DNA of 64,000 bases from positions 288,001 through 352,000 of the forward strand of contig CAWBVY010000001.1 in NCBI GenBank assembly GCA_963792415.1. The letters run 5' to 3'. Shown in pieces: positions 1 through 14,483 of the stretch. The first letter of the stretch is position 1. Each line of letters starts with the position of its first letter. Under the pieces are notes generated by a model. It saw nothing but the letters and a program-made list of their open reading frames with translations. It was not told where the DNA came from and did no database searches. Origin of the DNA: Candidatus Deferrimicrobiaceae bacterium (GTDB lineage: Bacteria; Desulfobacterota; Deferrimicrobia; Deferrimicrobiales; Deferrimicrobiaceae). Position numbers and translations under genes: made by a program.

Positions 1-1287
1 ACCGGCGAGATCCGCGTCCACACGGGCGACGCGGTCCTTCTGTGCACGGGCGGCTACGTGAACGTCTTCTACCTCTCGACGAACGCCATGGGGTGCAGCG
101 TCACGGCGCTATGGAAGGCCTACAAGAAAGGCGCCTTCTTCGCGAACCCTTGCTACACGCAGATCCACCCCACCTGCATCCCGCAAGCCGGCGACTACCA
201 GTCGAAACTGACCCTCATGTCCGAGTCGCTGCGCAACGACGGCCGGATCTGGGTCCCGGCGAAGAAAGAGGATTGCGGCAAGCCGCCCGGCTCGATCGCC
301 GAGGAGGACCGGGACTACTACCTCGAGCGGAAGTACCCGAGCTTCGGGAACCTCGCCCCCCGGGACATCTCCTCCCGGGCGGCGAAGGAGCAGTGCGACG
401 AGGGGCGCGGCGTCGGGCCGGGCGGGCGCGGCGTCTACCTCGATTTCCGCGACTCGATCCAGCGGTTCGGCGAACACGTGATCCGCGAGCGGTACGGCAA
501 CCTGTTCGAGATGTACGAGCGGATCACCGACGAGGACGGGTACAAGGTTCCGATGCGCATCTACCCCGCCCCCCACTACGCGATGGGAGGCCTCTGGGTC
601 GACTACAACCTGATGAGCAACCTCCCCGGCCTCTTCGTCCTGGGCGAGGCGAACTTCTCCGTCCACGGGGCGAACCGTCTGGGCGCGAGCGCCCTGATGC
701 AGGGGCTGGCGGACGGCTACTTCGTGATCCCCTACACGATCGCCAACTACCTGGTGCAGACGAAGGCGGGCAAGGTGAAGGCGGACCACGCCGAGTGCCG
801 GAAGTCGATCGACGAGGTGAAGGGGACGGCGAAGAAGCTCCTCTCCATAAACGGGAACAGGACCGTCACCGAGTTCATGCGCGAGCTGGGCACCCTGGTG
901 TGGAACAACTGCGGAATGGCGCGCAGCAAGGAGTCCCTCACCGAGGCGATCGCGAAGATCCCGGCCATCCGGGAAGAGTTCTGGGGGAACGTGAAGGTCA
1001 GCGGCACCGGCGACGAGTTCAACCAGCAGCTGGAGAACGCGGGGAGGACGGCGGACTTCATGGAGTTCGCCGAGCTGCTCTGCCGGGACGCGCTCCACCG
1101 CAACGAATCGTGCGGCGGCCACTTCCGGGTGGAGTACCAGTACGAGGACGGCGAGGCGAAGCGGAACGACGCGGACTTCGCCTACTCGGCCGGCTGGGAA
1201 TTCAAGGGGGTCGACAAGGAGCCCGAGCTCCACAAGGAGCCGCTGACGTTCGAGAACATCCACCTCGCGGTAAGGAGCTACAAATAA
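1..1287 (+). CDS. sdhA: Succinate dehydrogenase/fumarate reductase flavoprotein subunit (5' truncated by window edge)
   Basis: Frame open from base 1; motifs [36 protein letters not shown]. Confidence 0.95.
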   Translation, partial: TGEIRVHTGDAVLLCTGGYVNVFYLSTNAMGCSVTALWKAYKKGAFFANPCYTQIHPTCIPQAGDYQSKLTLMSESLRNDGRIWVPAKKEDCGKPPGSIAEEDRDYYLERKYPSFGNLAPRDISSRAAKEQCDEGRGVGPGGRGVYLDFRDSIQRFGEHVIRERYGNLFEMYERITDEDGYKVPMRIYPAPHYAMGGLWVDYNLMSNLPGLFVLGEANFSVHGANRLGASALMQGLADGYFVIPYTIANYLVQTKAGKVKADHAECRKSIDEVKGTAKKLLSINGNRTVTEFMRELGTLVWNNCGMARSKESLTEAIAKIPAIREEFWGNVKVSGTGDEFNQQLENAGRTADFMEFAELLCRDALHRNESCGGHFRVEYQYEDGEAKRNDADFAYSAGWEFKGVDKEPELHKEPLTFENIHLAVRSYK

Positions 1288-2090
1288 TGAGCGCGCACAC
1301 TTCCGAGCACAAGACGATGACCCTGAAGCTGATCGTCTGGCGGCAGAAGGGGCCGGCCGAGCCGGGCCGGTTCGAAAACTACGTCGCCAGGAACATCACC
1401 GAGCACCACTCCTTCCTCGAGATGCTCGACGTGGTGAACGAGGACCTGATCAAGGAGGGGAAGGATCCGATCGCCTTCGACCACGACTGCCGGGAGGGGA
1501 TCTGCGGGATGTGCTCCACCGTCGTCAACGGGGTTCCCCACGGCGGCCAGGAGCGGACCACCCTCTGCCAGCTCCACATGCGGAAGTTCAAGGACGGCGA
1601 CGCGATCTACCTCGAGCCGTGGCGCGCCCGCGCCTTCCCCATCCTCCGCGACCTGGTGGTGGACCGCGGGGCGCTGGACAGGATCATCCAGGCGGGAGGG
1701 TACATCTCGTGTCACACCGGCGGGGTCCCCGACGGCAACGCCATCCCCGTCCCCAAGGCGAATGCCGACTACGCCATGGACGCGGCGGATTGCATCGGCT
1801 GCGGGGCGTGCGTGGCGGCGTGCCCCAACGGCGCGGCGATGCTCTTCACGGGGGCCAAGGTCGCCCAGTTCGCGGCCCTGCCCCAGGGACAGGTCGAGGC
1901 GCCGGAACGGGTCGCCAACATGATGAAGGAGATGCGGGAGTGCGGCTTCGGCAACTGCACGAACCATTACGAGTGCCAGGCGGCGTGCCCGAAGAACATC
2001 AACGTGAAGTTCATCGCCCGCCTGAACCGGGAGTTCCTCAAGGCGCTGTTCCAGGAGAAGGCGGGAACGTTCACCCCGGTCGGGGAATAA
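1287..2090 (+). CDS. sdhB: Succinate dehydrogenase/fumarate reductase Fe-S subunit
   Basis: ATG overlaps the sdhA TAA; [34 protein letters not shown]. Confidence 0.95.
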   Translation: MSAHTSEHKTMTLKLIVWRQKGPAEPGRFENYVARNITEHHSFLEMLDVVNEDLIKEGKDPIAFDHDCREGICGMCSTVVNGVPHGGQERTTLCQLHMRKFKDGDAIYLEPWRARAFPILRDLVVDRGALDRIIQAGGYISCHTGGVPDGNAIPVPKANADYAMDAADCIGCGACVAACPNGAAMLFTGAKVAQFAALPQGQVEAPERVANMMKEMRECGFGNCTNHYECQAACPKNINVKFIARLNREFLKALFQEKAGTFTPVGE

Positions 2091-2231
2091 CCGCAGCAAC
2101 GACCGGTTCATCCGGGGTGTATCGCGGGGCAGGGGCGGGAACGCCCCTGCCCCGTTTCGTTGACGCCGGCACATGCCGATCGTGTCATCATGGAGAGGGC
2201 GCCGGAGCAAGGTTTTCGAGGAGACACGACC

Positions 2232-3284
2232 ATGCACATGGCGGACGCGCTGCTCTCCCCCGCGGTGGGGGCAACCTTCTGGGCCGGGACGATCGGCACG
2301 ATCGGCTACGCGTCGAAGAAGCTGAAGGAGCATCTCGACGACCGGAAGATTCCGCTGATGGGGGTGGCGGGCGCCTTCATCTTCGCCTCCCAGATGATCA
2401 ACTTCACGATCCCGGGGACCGGGTCGAGCGGGCACATCGGGGGCGGGATGATCCTGGCGGTCCTCCTCGGCCCGCACGCCGCCTTCCTGGTCATGGCCTC
2501 GGTGTTGACGGTCCAGGCGCTCTTCTTCGCCGACGGCGGGCTGCTCGCGCTGGGGTGCAACATCTGGAACCTCGGGGCCTACCCGTGCTTCGTCGCCTAC
2601 CCGCTGATCTACAAGCCGCTGGCGGGGGACGGCCGGAGCGCCCGGCGCATCCTCGTCGCATCGTTGGCGGGCGGGGTCGTCTCGCTCCAGATGGGCGCCT
2701 TCTCGGTCGTCCTGCAGACGTTCCTTTCGCGAAACGCCGCGCTCCCCTTCACCACGTTCCTGCTGATGATGCAGCCGATCCACCTTGCCATCGGGATCGT
2801 CGAGGGGTTCGTCACGGCGGGCGTCGTCAACTACGTCCGGGCGGTCCGTCCCGAGATCCTCGACAGCCCCGCCTCCCCCGCGCCGCTCGCGGCGGGGATC
2901 TCCCTCCGGAACGTCCTGATCGGCTTCGTCGCCCTCGCGGTCTTCACGGGAGGGGCGCTTTCATGGTTCGCGTCGGCCCGCCCGGACGGGCTCGAATGGG
3001 CGATCGCGAAAGTGACGGGCAAGCGGGAACTCCCGGAACAGGAGCACGGGGTCCCGGGGGGGTTGAAGAGCGTGCAGGAGAAGACCGCGTTCCTTCCCGG
3101 GTACGGCTTCAAAACGCCGGCGGACGCACCAAACGCGAAGGAGGGTGCGCCGTCCTGGCCGGCCGTCGACGCGGGCACCTCGGTCTCGGGGCTGCTCGGC
3201 GGCCTCCTCGTCCTCGGGCTCGCCCTCGGGATCGGATGGCTGATCCGGGCGTTCCGCGGGAAACGTTCCGGGAGCCGGATGTAA
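2232..3284 (+). CDS. cbiM: ECF-type Co/Ni transporter S component CbiM/NikM fused to a PDGLE (NikN-like) domain
   Basis: N-terminal MHMAD, GSSGHIGG, ADGG, and a PDGLE motif; hydrophobic; GGAG upstream of ATG 2232. Confidence 0.88.
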   Translation: MHMADALLSPAVGATFWAGTIGTIGYASKKLKEHLDDRKIPLMGVAGAFIFASQMINFTIPGTGSSGHIGGGMILAVLLGPHAAFLVMASVLTVQALFFADGGLLALGCNIWNLGAYPCFVAYPLIYKPLAGDGRSARRILVASLAGGVVSLQMGAFSVVLQTFLSRNAALPFTTFLLMMQPIHLAIGIVEGFVTAGVVNYVRAVRPEILDSPASPAPLAAGISLRNVLIGFVALAVFTGGALSWFASARPDGLEWAIAKVTGKRELPEQEHGVPGGLKSVQEKTAFLPGYGFKTPADAPNAKEGAPSWPAVDAGTSVSGLLGGLLVLGLALGIGWLIRAFRGKRSGSRM

Positions 3285-3287
3285 ACG

Positions 3288-3872
3288 ATGACGACGCTCG
3301 CGCTCCTCGGGACGGTGACGGGAATCGCGCTCTTCGCCGGAATCCGTCTCTACGCGACCGTTCTCACGGTCGGGCTCTGCCTTCGCTACGGCCTGCTCCA
3401 CCTGCCGCAGGAACTCGCCTCCCTTTCCGTCCTCGCCCACCCGTATGTGCTGGTCACCGCGGGCGTCTGCGCCGTCATGGAGTTTCTCGCGGACAAGGTG
3501 CCCTGGGTGGACTCCCTGTGGGACGCGGTCCACGCCTTCCTGCGGCCCGCCGGCGCGGCGCTGATCGCGTTCGCGGCCGTCGGCTGGCTCGACCCCGCGG
3601 CCGAGGTCGCCGTCATCCTCCTGTGCGGCGGCGTGGCCTTCTCCTCCCATTCGGCGAAGGCGGGGGCCCGGCTGCTCGTGAATCAGAGCCCGGAGCCGTT
3701 CAGCAACCTCTTCCTGAGCCTGTTCGAAGACGTCGTGGCCGTGGGCGGGAGCTACCTCGCGGTCGCGCACCCGCTCGCGATGCTCGCCGTCGTGGCCGTC
3801 TTCCTCGTCCTGTTCGCCCTCCTCGCCCGGAGGATCTATCGCCGCCTCCGGAGAGACCGCTCGCCTCCGTAG
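3288..3872 (+). CDS. DUF4126-like membrane protein
   Basis: AGIRLY, EFLADKVPWVDSLWD, SPEPFSN..S..ED motifs. Confidence 0.8.
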   Translation: MTTLALLGTVTGIALFAGIRLYATVLTVGLCLRYGLLHLPQELASLSVLAHPYVLVTAGVCAVMEFLADKVPWVDSLWDAVHAFLRPAGAALIAFAAVGWLDPAAEVAVILLCGGVAFSSHSAKAGARLLVNQSPEPFSNLFLSLFEDVVAVGGSYLAVAHPLAMLAVVAVFLVLFALLARRIYRRLRRDRSPP

Positions 3873-4017
3873 AATCCGGGTCCGGGAGAGACGAAACCGG
3901 CTTTTCCCGATGGGGGAACGACGTTTCGCCGCTTGGCAAAGCCGCCGGGGTGAGGTTTACTACCGGGGGACGTTTTTCCGCGATTCTCCGTCCACTACGA
4001 GCCGACCCGGGGGCGCC

Positions 4018-7221
<3,204 letters not shown>

Positions 7222-7377
7222 TCCCCCCTTCGATCCGGGGCGGGGAGCATTTGCATCCGTGCGGGTTGTTTACGCTGCGAGCCGCGGTTTCGCCGCTCGC
7301 CAGAGCCTGTTCCCTGGATTTCCTGCAGACCCTGGCGCAGCACGTTTCCCTGGGGAGCGGCAGCGGATTGACCGCCA

Positions 7378-8373
7378 TCAACCGGCCTGAGGCAACCCTA
7401 TCGCGTTGAAGTCTTCCTGTGTGTGAATCCAACCTTCCTTCCCGTCGAGGCGGACTTTCAGCCAAAGATCCTCTCCAACTCCCAGGCCGATCCACTCGCT
7501 CCCTTCTTCCCAGACCTGTTCCCCCGAGGCTTCCAGGATCTCCACCCTGGAGTCCTTCCTCAGCACGACATGCTCGGCGATCCCTATTCCTTCCTCCGGC
7601 CCCGGATGAAGCCGCACGAAGGACAATTCGCTCCCGGGCGGCCTGCGGTCCGCTTCCACCTTGAATCGGCATTGGGGCTGCCTGCCATGCGCGGTCATCC
7701 GGGAGCATCGCCATGCCGGCCTCACCTTGGCCAGCATCCAGTCCACCCGCACCGGGATAATCACAAAGACATTCCCCGACCAGACGCGGAAGCGCAGCAC
7801 TTCGGCTCGCAGGCCCGGCTCGGCGGAGGTATGCACGACGTTCCCCGTCGGCGGTTCCGGCCGGACCAGACTTCCCTCCATCGAGATCGGCTTGCTGAAG
7901 GGAACCAGCCTGCCGTTGAACGTTCCAAAGACCTGGTAGGATCCGCCTCCGAGCGGCGTAGAAGGCTCCTCGCCGTAAGTAACCAGTAGCCCGCTGCCCT
8001 GGCTCCCCTCCAGCCTCCGCGCCGAGATCCCCATAGTCCCCGCGAAATGGCTCTCTTCCACCTCCCAGGGAAAAGATTTCGCGTAATGAATGCTGCCCGC
8101 ATCGTCCCGGATCTCCATCCGCGTGACGGTCTCCTCGGAACCGGCTGCGCGTGCGCCGGGAACCCGCAAGCGCTTCAGGTGCAGGACCACCGTGAAGTCC
8201 TGTCGGTTGATGTTCAGCGGTCCGATACGGCGCTCGACGTCTTCGGGCGGTGCGGCAGCGGGAGAGGATTCTTGCTGCCCTTGATCCCCCGCGCCGGAAG
8301 CGGATTGCGCCCAGCCGATCGAGGTCGTCACGAGCACGAAACAGAATCCCAGGATACAGGAGGCGATCCTCAC
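7378..8373 (-). CDS. Exported hypothetical protein with C-terminal SH3-like motif (WLKVRLDGKEGWI)
   Basis: GTG after GAGGAG; signal-peptide-like N-terminus; fused in frame to the upstream membrane ORF in this sequence. Confidence 0.6.
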   Translation of the reverse strand: MRIASCILGFCFVLVTTSIGWAQSASGAGDQGQQESSPAAAPPEDVERRIGPLNINRQDFTVVLHLKRLRVPGARAAGSEETVTRMEIRDDAGSIHYAKSFPWEVEESHFAGTMGISARRLEGSQGSGLLVTYGEEPSTPLGGGSYQVFGTFNGRLVPFSKPISMEGSLVRPEPPTGNVVHTSAEPGLRAEVLRFRVWSGNVFVIIPVRVDWMLAKVRPAWRCSRMTAHGRQPQCRFKVEADRRPPGSELSFVRLHPGPEEGIGIAEHVVLRKDSRVEILEASGEQVWEEGSEWIGLGVGEDLWLKVRLDGKEGWIHTQEDFNAIGLPQAG

Positions 8374-8446
8374 GCTTCTTCTCCTCGTTGCCGGACATTG
8401 CCGTCGTTCCCGGGCGCGACGGGGTGGTTTCCGCCTGCGCGACGGC

Positions 8447-10445
8447 TTATTCGCTCGGGCGGAAGCGGTTTCCCTGTCCGGCTCGCGACTCTCCGGGCCA
8501 GGCATCGGGGGGGCCCTGTGCCACCGGCTCAGGGTGATCGACTGGGCCGCGGCGGCGAGGCCGAAGGAGAGGACGCTCAACACCAGCGGAACGCCCTTGG
8601 TTCCCAGCAGGTCGGAGGCGGTCTTTACCGCTCCCACCGCGATGACCAGGATGGCCACGTTGCGGATCTCCCGGTTGCGGGCTCGGAAGGCGTAGAGGCC
8701 AAGCCCCAGGGCGGCCAGGTTGATGATGATCGACTGGGTGCACTGGAAGACCTCCGACCCTCCGGGCCCGGCGGGAAGGATGATCCAGGCGGCGATCACC
8801 CGAAGGAGGAAGAAGGAACCGGTCAGGGCGGCAAGGAGAGTGATGGCGCCGCTCAGATCCTGCTTGTCGTAGGTACCGAAGAAGGGGGAGCGGGCGGGCG
8901 GGGGGTGGCGCCGGCACCAACGGTAATGGACCAGGGCCGCCGCCGCCAGCGCGGCGCTGGGGACCGTTCCTGCGATGGGCGAGGCGGGGATCCCGTGGGC
9001 CAGGAAATAGTTGGCCAGAGACACGACGGCGTAGACCTGGAGCAGGTAGGAGGTCACCCGCACGGCGCCGCTCCCCCATCGATCGGAGAGGACGGCCACG
9101 CCGAGGGCCGCAGCCCCGAGAACGGGGGCCGCCGGTGCGCTGCCGAGGGCGGCGGGGAGGGCCAGCCCCAGGAGAGCGGCCCCGGCGACGACGAAGGAGT
9201 TGGTGCCGGGGACGCCGTCGATTTTCCGCATCGCGAGCCAGAAGGCGGCCCCGACGTGGACGAGTGCGAACAGGATCGCCACCAGGTTGAGCGCGAGGGC
9301 GCTTCCGTCGGCCTCGCTCACGACGACCCTGGCGGCCAGGTACGACCCGACGGCGCCGATCGTCGGAAGGCAGAAATCGAAGACGGAAACCTTCACGTCG
9401 CGGCTCCGGACGATTCCCAGGAGGGCGATCGCCAGGAAGGCGGCGCTGGCGGCAGCCAGAACCGGCAGGAACCACCCGGGGGCCAGGGTAGCCGCCGCGG
9501 TGGTCCTGCGGGCGACGACGGCGGCGAGCCGCATCCCCCAGAGAAGGAACATGGCCAGCGTGACGAGAAGCACGGTCCAGCGAAGCCAGCCGCAGCGCTT
9601 CAGGGTCCCCGCGTAGTACCCCAGGAAGTTGGCCGTCAGCAGGATCATGAAAAGGTAGGGGAAGAACGGATTCGGGTAGTCGATCGCCGCGCCGGCCAGG
9701 CACATCCCCAGGGTGCCGACCGACACCGGGAGAAAAACCGAGAACCGGCGGCTGACGAACGCCATGCCGGCGCCGGTGGCCATCAGCGTCCAGTAGGCGG
9801 GAACGAGGGGGAGCGACCCGAGGCGGGCGTGGGTCTCGACGACAATGGTCGACATGAGGATCGCCCCGCAGGCGACGAACACCGGGGCCAGGGAACTCTC
9901 TCGCCGATACTGGTACCAGCCGGCCACCATGAGGGAGGCGGCGTAGCCCATCCCGAGCCCCATGCCGAGGAGGGGCGCGACGATGCCGCTGTCGGTGATG
10001 GTCCGCAGGATCAGGGCGACAACCATCAGGAAGCAGAGGGTCGCCAGGCGGGGAAAGAGCGACGCCCGGCTCGCCCAGTGGATCACCTCGTCGGAGAGGC
10101 TGTCGGACTCCCCGGCGGCTGCCTTCCCTCCGGAGCCTTGGCGGCGATGGGCATGCCCTCCGGAGCCTTGGCGGCAATGGGCATGCCCTCCGGAGCCTTG
10201 GCGGCAATGGGCAAGCCCTCCGGAGCCTTGGCGGCCATGGGCAAGCCCTCCGGAGCCTTGGCGGAGGAGGGCTCCCCGGGACGCGGGAGAATCGTCTCCG
10301 GGCGGGCCGTGGACGCGGCAGCCGATCGGTCCCGGCCGGGCGCCGTCCGTTGTCCCTCGAGTTCCGCGACCCGCCGGCCGAGGCTCTCGACATGCTCGTA
10401 CAGCCGGTCGACCTTCTCCTCGATCGTCAGTTTTTGATTGCGCAT
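8447..10445 (-). CDS. DUF2339-like polytopic membrane protein with apparent frameshifts near 10125 and 8510
   Basis: Coiled-coil N-terminus (10445-10125) and many TM helices in another frame; adding one base at each site gives a single ORF ending at TAA 8447. Confidence 0.6.
10126..10271. repeat. Tandem repeat of ~5 x 30 bp (CCCTCCGGAGCCTTGGCGGCAATGGGCATG) built from a REP-like hairpin; encodes AAKAPEGMPI
   Basis: Units start at 10126, 10156, 10186, 10216, 10246. Confidence 0.9.
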
Positions 10446-10603
10446 GCGGGTATCCCCGTGGCTCTGCCGCGGATGTCGGTGCGGGCGGGAGGAGAGCCTT
10501 CATCTATAACGCAGTTTTAATATAATATCAGCGGCGATTGCCGGGATGGCAAGCGAATTCATCCGCCCGGGCGCAACATATTTCCACCGGGACCGGCATC
10601 ACG

Positions 10604-10642
10604 AAAAAAAAGGGAACCCGGCGCGATGCCGGGTTCCCTTTT
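10604..10642. terminator. Intrinsic terminator downstream of SOD, possibly bidirectional
   Basis: AAAAAAAGGGAACCCGGC-gcgat-GCCGGGTTCCCTTTT. Confidence 0.8.
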
Positions 10643-10675
10643 GAAATTTCGACGGTTCTACCTTGCAGGCGAGAT

Positions 10676-11287
10676 CTACGCCTTGGCCTTCTTGAAGTTG
10701 TCCGCCACCTGCGCCCAATCGACGGTGTTCCACCACGCCTCGATGTACTCGGGGCGTCGGTTCTGATACTTCAGGTAATAGGCGTGCTCCCAGACGTCGA
10801 GGCCGAAGATCGCCTTGCCGCCGTCCATGACGGGATTGTCCTGGTTCGCGGTCGATTCGACGGCGAGCTTTCCGCCACGGATCAGCAGCCACGCCCAACC
10901 GGAACCGAATCGCGTTGTCGCGGCCTGGGCGAAGGTTTTCCTGAAATCCCCGAAGTTGCCGAACGTGGCTTTGATGGCGTCGGCCAGTTCTCCCGACGGC
11001 TCGCCGCCGCCGCCCTTTTTCATGACCTTCCAGAACATGGAATGATTCAAATGGCCGCCGCCGTTGTTGCGCACGGCGGTACGAACGGCCTCGGGCACTT
11101 TGCCGATCTGCGCGAGCAACTCCTCGACCGGAAGTTTCTGAAGCTCGGGGTGGGATTCGAGAGCCTTGTTGAGGTTGTTCACATACGCCCCGTGGTGCTT
11201 GTCGTGGTGAATCTCCATCGTCTTCGCGTCAATGTACGGCTCGAGCGCGTCAAAGGCGTATGGAAGCGGAGGTAAATTGTATGCCAT
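10676..11287 (-). CDS. sodA: Mn/Fe superoxide dismutase (Mn-type signature)
   Basis: [34 protein letters not shown]. Confidence 0.93.
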   Translation of the reverse strand: MAYNLPPLPYAFDALEPYIDAKTMEIHHDKHHGAYVNNLNKALESHPELQKLPVEELLAQIGKVPEAVRTAVRNNGGGHLNHSMFWKVMKKGGGGEPSGELADAIKATFGNFGDFRKTFAQAATTRFGSGWAWLLIRGGKLAVESTANQDNPVMDGGKAIFGLDVWEHAYYLKYQNRRPEYIEAWWNTVDWAQVADNFKKAKA

Positions 11288-11544
11288 CGGGTAGATCTCC
11301 TTTCCTTCCGGCGCGTGACCGGCAGCATCTTTAACAATACGATGCGTCGAGGACACGGGAACGTTTCCCCCCGCGAGGATTTTTATCCTCCGCACGCTGG
11401 GGGGGGTGCCGCCTCGTCGTCGGGGGGTCGCGTTCCATTCCCGTTGAGGGGATATGCCCTCCTACGCCCCGCACATATGGAAATGCAGGCGCTTCGGGGC
11501 TACGGAGGGCATCCTTCGCCAGAGATGGCTCGCCATCCGTCTTG

Positions 11545-11570
11545 TCCTCCGGATCCTTGGCGGAGGAGGA
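11545..11570. repeat. REP-like palindrome TCCTCCGGATCCTTGGCGGAGGAGGA
   Basis: Same element as at 10246-10271 and 22546-22572. Confidence 0.7.
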
Positions 11571-11613
11571 AGCTCGGAACCTCGGGGTTACGATTGCGGT
11601 GAGGAGCGAAGGA

Positions 11614-11640
11614 TGGTGCCGAACAGGCGTCCGAACCGGA
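11614..11640 (-). repeat. Degenerate tRNA-Leu 3'-end copy E (distal end of array)
   Basis: TGGTGCCGAA plus flank TGAGGAGCGAAGG matching the flank of copy D (TGAGGAGTGAAGG). Confidence 0.55.
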
Positions 11641-11774
11641 CCCCTGTGGTGGAGGAATATCGCTTTACTGCCTTATCGTTGTCCCGGGCATGGGGGGGGG
11701 GGGGAATGCCTGAAGGCAGATACCACCCCGATGCGGGTCAACCTCGGCGCCGATCAACGACCTTCAACTGCGAT

Positions 11775-12194
11775 TCAGGTCAATCGGATTCCCTTCTCTT
11801 TCAGGAAAGCGGCGAATGCCTGATCCACAACCCGTATGTGGTTCCTCAGCCAGTTGCCCAGGAAGGTGCCGATGGCTTCGCTCAATTTTTCGGTGACACC
11901 CTCTTCGTTGAAATCCTCGATCAGGTGGTCCAGCGTGCCTTTCAATTCCTCGTGCCTGGCCCTGTGGTCCTCCAGTCCGGAGTAACCGGTTTCCGACATG
12001 GATTTCTCTTCCGTCGAGAAATGGAACTGGGTGTAGTTTATAAGGAAATCCAGCGTGCTCGCTATTTGCGGCATGCCTCGACGAGCCTCTATCGCGGCTT
12101 GCACGTTTTGTATATGCCCGATCCACTTCTTATGCTGTTCGTCGATCAACTCGACGCCGATCGAGAGACTTTCGTCCCAGGTTATCCTGCTCAT
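11775..12194 (-). CDS. Bacteriohemerythrin
   Basis: W..SLSIGVELIDEQH, HFSTEE, H...H, WLRNHI...D. Confidence 0.92.
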   Translation of the reverse strand: MSRITWDESLSIGVELIDEQHKKWIGHIQNVQAAIEARRGMPQIASTLDFLINYTQFHFSTEEKSMSETGYSGLEDHRARHEELKGTLDHLIEDFNEEGVTEKLSEAIGTFLGNWLRNHIRVVDQAFAAFLKEKGIRLT

Positions 12195-12251
12195 GCTCCG
12201 GTTCTCCTGTCCGTGTTTTCGGCGACAACGCGCGGCATGAATCGCCTACTA

Positions 12252-12280
12252 ACGATATACAGGAATCCGGGGCCCGTCAA
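12252..12280 (-). promoter_or_regulatory. Candidate sigma70 promoter for hemerythrin
   Basis: Minus strand TTGACG-N17-TATCGT. Confidence 0.5.
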
Positions 12281-12310
12281 CGGTATCGGCACCCCATGGC
12301 AAAGCCCGCG

Positions 12311-12452
12311 AGCCACTTTTTCGCCGCCCGGGCCGTTTTCAGGAAAAAAGGGATTCCGGCGGGAAGCCGAAATCCCGGCTTGCGTTTGAGATGAGGAGTG
12401 AAGGCCGGTGCCGAAGGCGGGATTTGAACCCGCACGGGTTTCCCCACCACCC
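12311..12452 (-). repeat. tRNA-Leu 3'-half copy D (12407-12452) with hairpin and AGCCAC module
   Basis: GGTGCCGAAGGCGGGATTTGAACCCGCACGGGTTTCCCCACCACCC has 1 mismatch to the tRNA; flanked by AAAAAAGGGATTCCGGC..GCCGAAATCCC. Confidence 0.9.
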
Positions 12453-12461
12453 GTCGAGGTT

Positions 12462-12914
12462 CTACCGCCCGGGGGCTTTTATTGCCTCAATTTCTGATGG
12501 GGAAAGTTCCTTTTTCCTCTTCAGCGACCAGTTTCCAATCCACTTCTTGAGGATCTCCAGGTTCGCGCTTCTCTCCGCGTCAGTGCTCCCGAGATAGGTG
12601 TGCATGTTGCCCGGTTTGCCGTCCTTGGTGTTCTTCCCGTCGTCCAGCCTTCTCATCAGGGCGCCAGCGTCCGATCCCTTGACCACCACCATCAGGTGCT
12701 CGTAAGTGTCCAACCTCGGTCCCTTCATCTTCTTCTTGAACCCTTCCTTATCCCGCCCGAACTCCTCCATCGTGGGCGACTCCGACCCGTGGCAGGCGAT
12801 GCACCGGTTGGCGATTATCCCCTTGATGTCTTTCTCGTAGGTCACGGCCTCCCCGGCAAAGACCGTAACTGCCACCACCGTGATTATGAACGCCGCAATA
12901 ATCCCCCTGCTCAT
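12462..12914 (-). CDS. Monoheme c-type cytochrome, exported
   Basis: Signal peptide and a single CIACH. Confidence 0.8.
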   Translation of the reverse strand: MSRGIIAAFIITVVAVTVFAGEAVTYEKDIKGIIANRCIACHGSESPTMEEFGRDKEGFKKKMKGPRLDTYEHLMVVVKGSDAGALMRRLDDGKNTKDGKPGNMHTYLGSTDAERSANLEILKKWIGNWSLKRKKELSPSEIEAIKAPGR

Positions 12915-13056
12915 TCCCCACCTCCTTCGGTACCTGGTATTTATTATTGATCTTGACAGACCAATCCGGATTTCACCACGGGAAAGATTAACACCTCGTC
13001 CATTCGCCCTCGGGACAGACATCGCTGTGGCATCATTCGTCAGTTACCCCCCCGGG

Positions 13057-13188
13057 AGCCACAAATCAGCCACCCGGGCCGCTTTCAAGAAAAAAGAGGG
13101 CCTGGCGCGAATCCAAAATCCCTTTAGTTATTCGAATGGTGCCGAAGCGGAGACTCGAACCCTCACGGGTCTCCCCGCCACCCCCTCA
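13057..13188 (-). repeat. tRNA-Leu 3'-half copy C (13137-13188) with degenerate hairpin and AGCCACAAATCAGCCAC
   Basis: TGGTGCCGAAG..GAACC..CACGGGTCTCCCCGCCACCCCCTCA. Confidence 0.88.
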
Positions 13189-13209
13189 GAACGGCAGCGT
13201 CGGAGAAAC

Positions 13210-14241
13210 TTAGAGTGCATCCCGATCGTGAGCTGCGCACAGATGAGTCTCGAACGTTACATGGACCAATCCGAGTTCCTCGGGCAGGAACCTGTAGTAG
13301 GCGTCAGGATCCAACGGGCGGGCGGAGATGATCGCGATCTCCGCCGCATAGATTCCCGGGCCTACGGACCACACATGCATGTCGGAGACTCGATTGTCCC
13401 CCTCCGATTCGATCGCGTTCCGGATCGCCTCTACCACCTCGCGCGGGGCCTGCATATCGAGAAGTACGCGGGCCGACGACCGAAGCAGCCCCCAGGACCA
13501 GCGGGTCACGAGCGCCGCACCCACCAGACCCATGAAGGGATCCAGCCACTTCTGTCCAAGGTATTTGCCTGCGAGGAGAGCAAAGATCGCAAGAACGGAG
13601 GTCAGGGCGTCCGCAAGCACGTGAAGATAAGCGGATCGGAGGTTGTGATCCTTGTGCTCATGGGGGATCGAGGGATGTTGGACATTGTGACGGTGATTCT
13701 TCCCCTCGCCGGCATGGCGGGGATGCTCGTGGGGATGATTGTCGTCCTCACCCTGTTTCCGGTTCCCCCTTCCGAGAGAATGGACGTGTCCGCCGAGGAT
13801 GGCTAGGCACGCACCGTTGACGATCAGACCGATGATCGCGACGAGGATCGCCTGGTCGAACCCGATCGCCACGGGCGAAATGAACCGCCGGACGCTCTCC
13901 CAGGCCATGGCAAACGCGAACAACGCCAACGTCGATGCGCTCGCGAACGCCGCCAGCGAGTTCACTTTCCCCGTACCGAAGTTGAAGCGTGAGTCGCTGG
14001 CGTGGATGCGGGTGTAGCGGTAGGCGAACACCGAGATGGCGAGCGCCGAGGCGTGGCTCCCCATGTGGAGACCGTCGGCCAGGAGCGCCATCGATCCGAA
14101 GGCGAGTCCCGCCACGATCTCGACGACCATCGTCAGGACCGTGACGATGCTGACGATCAGTGTGCGCTTTTCGGCGGACCTTCTCACTTCCTGACCAAAC
14201 GTGTGGTCGTGCACCCAGCGTTCAATGGATTCCGTGTGCAT
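13210..14241 (-). CDS. dmeF: CDF-family Co/Ni/Zn efflux transporter, DmeF-like
   Basis: GSMALLADGLHM, His-rich loop, NLRSAYLHVLADALTS, DMHVW. Confidence 0.85.
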   Translation of the reverse strand: MHTESIERWVHDHTFGQEVRRSAEKRTLIVSIVTVLTMVVEIVAGLAFGSMALLADGLHMGSHASALAISVFAYRYTRIHASDSRFNFGTGKVNSLAAFASASTLALFAFAMAWESVRRFISPVAIGFDQAILVAIIGLIVNGACLAILGGHVHSLGRGNRKQGEDDNHPHEHPRHAGEGKNHRHNVQHPSIPHEHKDHNLRSAYLHVLADALTSVLAIFALLAGKYLGQKWLDPFMGLVGAALVTRWSWGLLRSSARVLLDMQAPREVVEAIRNAIESEGDNRVSDMHVWSVGPGIYAAEIAIISARPLDPDAYYRFLPEELGLVHVTFETHLCAAHDRDAL

Positions 14242-14349
14242 ATCGATGTCCTTGACTATTTGAGGCAGCGTCCGGTCCCAGCGCTTCGAGATCGGCATGA
14301 TCAGAATACCGGAATATCCGTCGCTTCTTTACACCGCTAATGACCCGCA

Positions 14350-14475
14350 AGCCACAAATCAGCCACTCGGGCCGAAAAAACGAAAAAAGGGACTCCGGAG
14401 GAAAGCCGAAATCCCTTTAAGAATTGCCATGGTGTCGAATGGGGGACTCGAACCCCCACGGGTTTCCCTACCGCT
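14350..14475 (-). repeat. tRNA-Leu 3'-half copy B (14430-14475) with hairpin and AGCCACAAATCAGCCAC
   Basis: TGGTGTCGAATGGGGGACTCGAACCCCCACGGGTTTCCC; AAAAAAGGGACTCCGG..CCGAAATCCCTTT. Confidence 0.88.
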
Positions 14476-14483
14476 GCCATCGC

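Noticed and set aside
10126-10271. Mini-CRISPR
   Set aside because: The spacers are near-identical, so this is a coding 30-bp VNTR.
7378-10503. 1041-aa membrane/SH3 fusion protein
   Set aside because: An internal RBS, GTG and signal peptide lie at 8373, and one extra base in the G7 run gives a stop at 8447. It is probably two genes.
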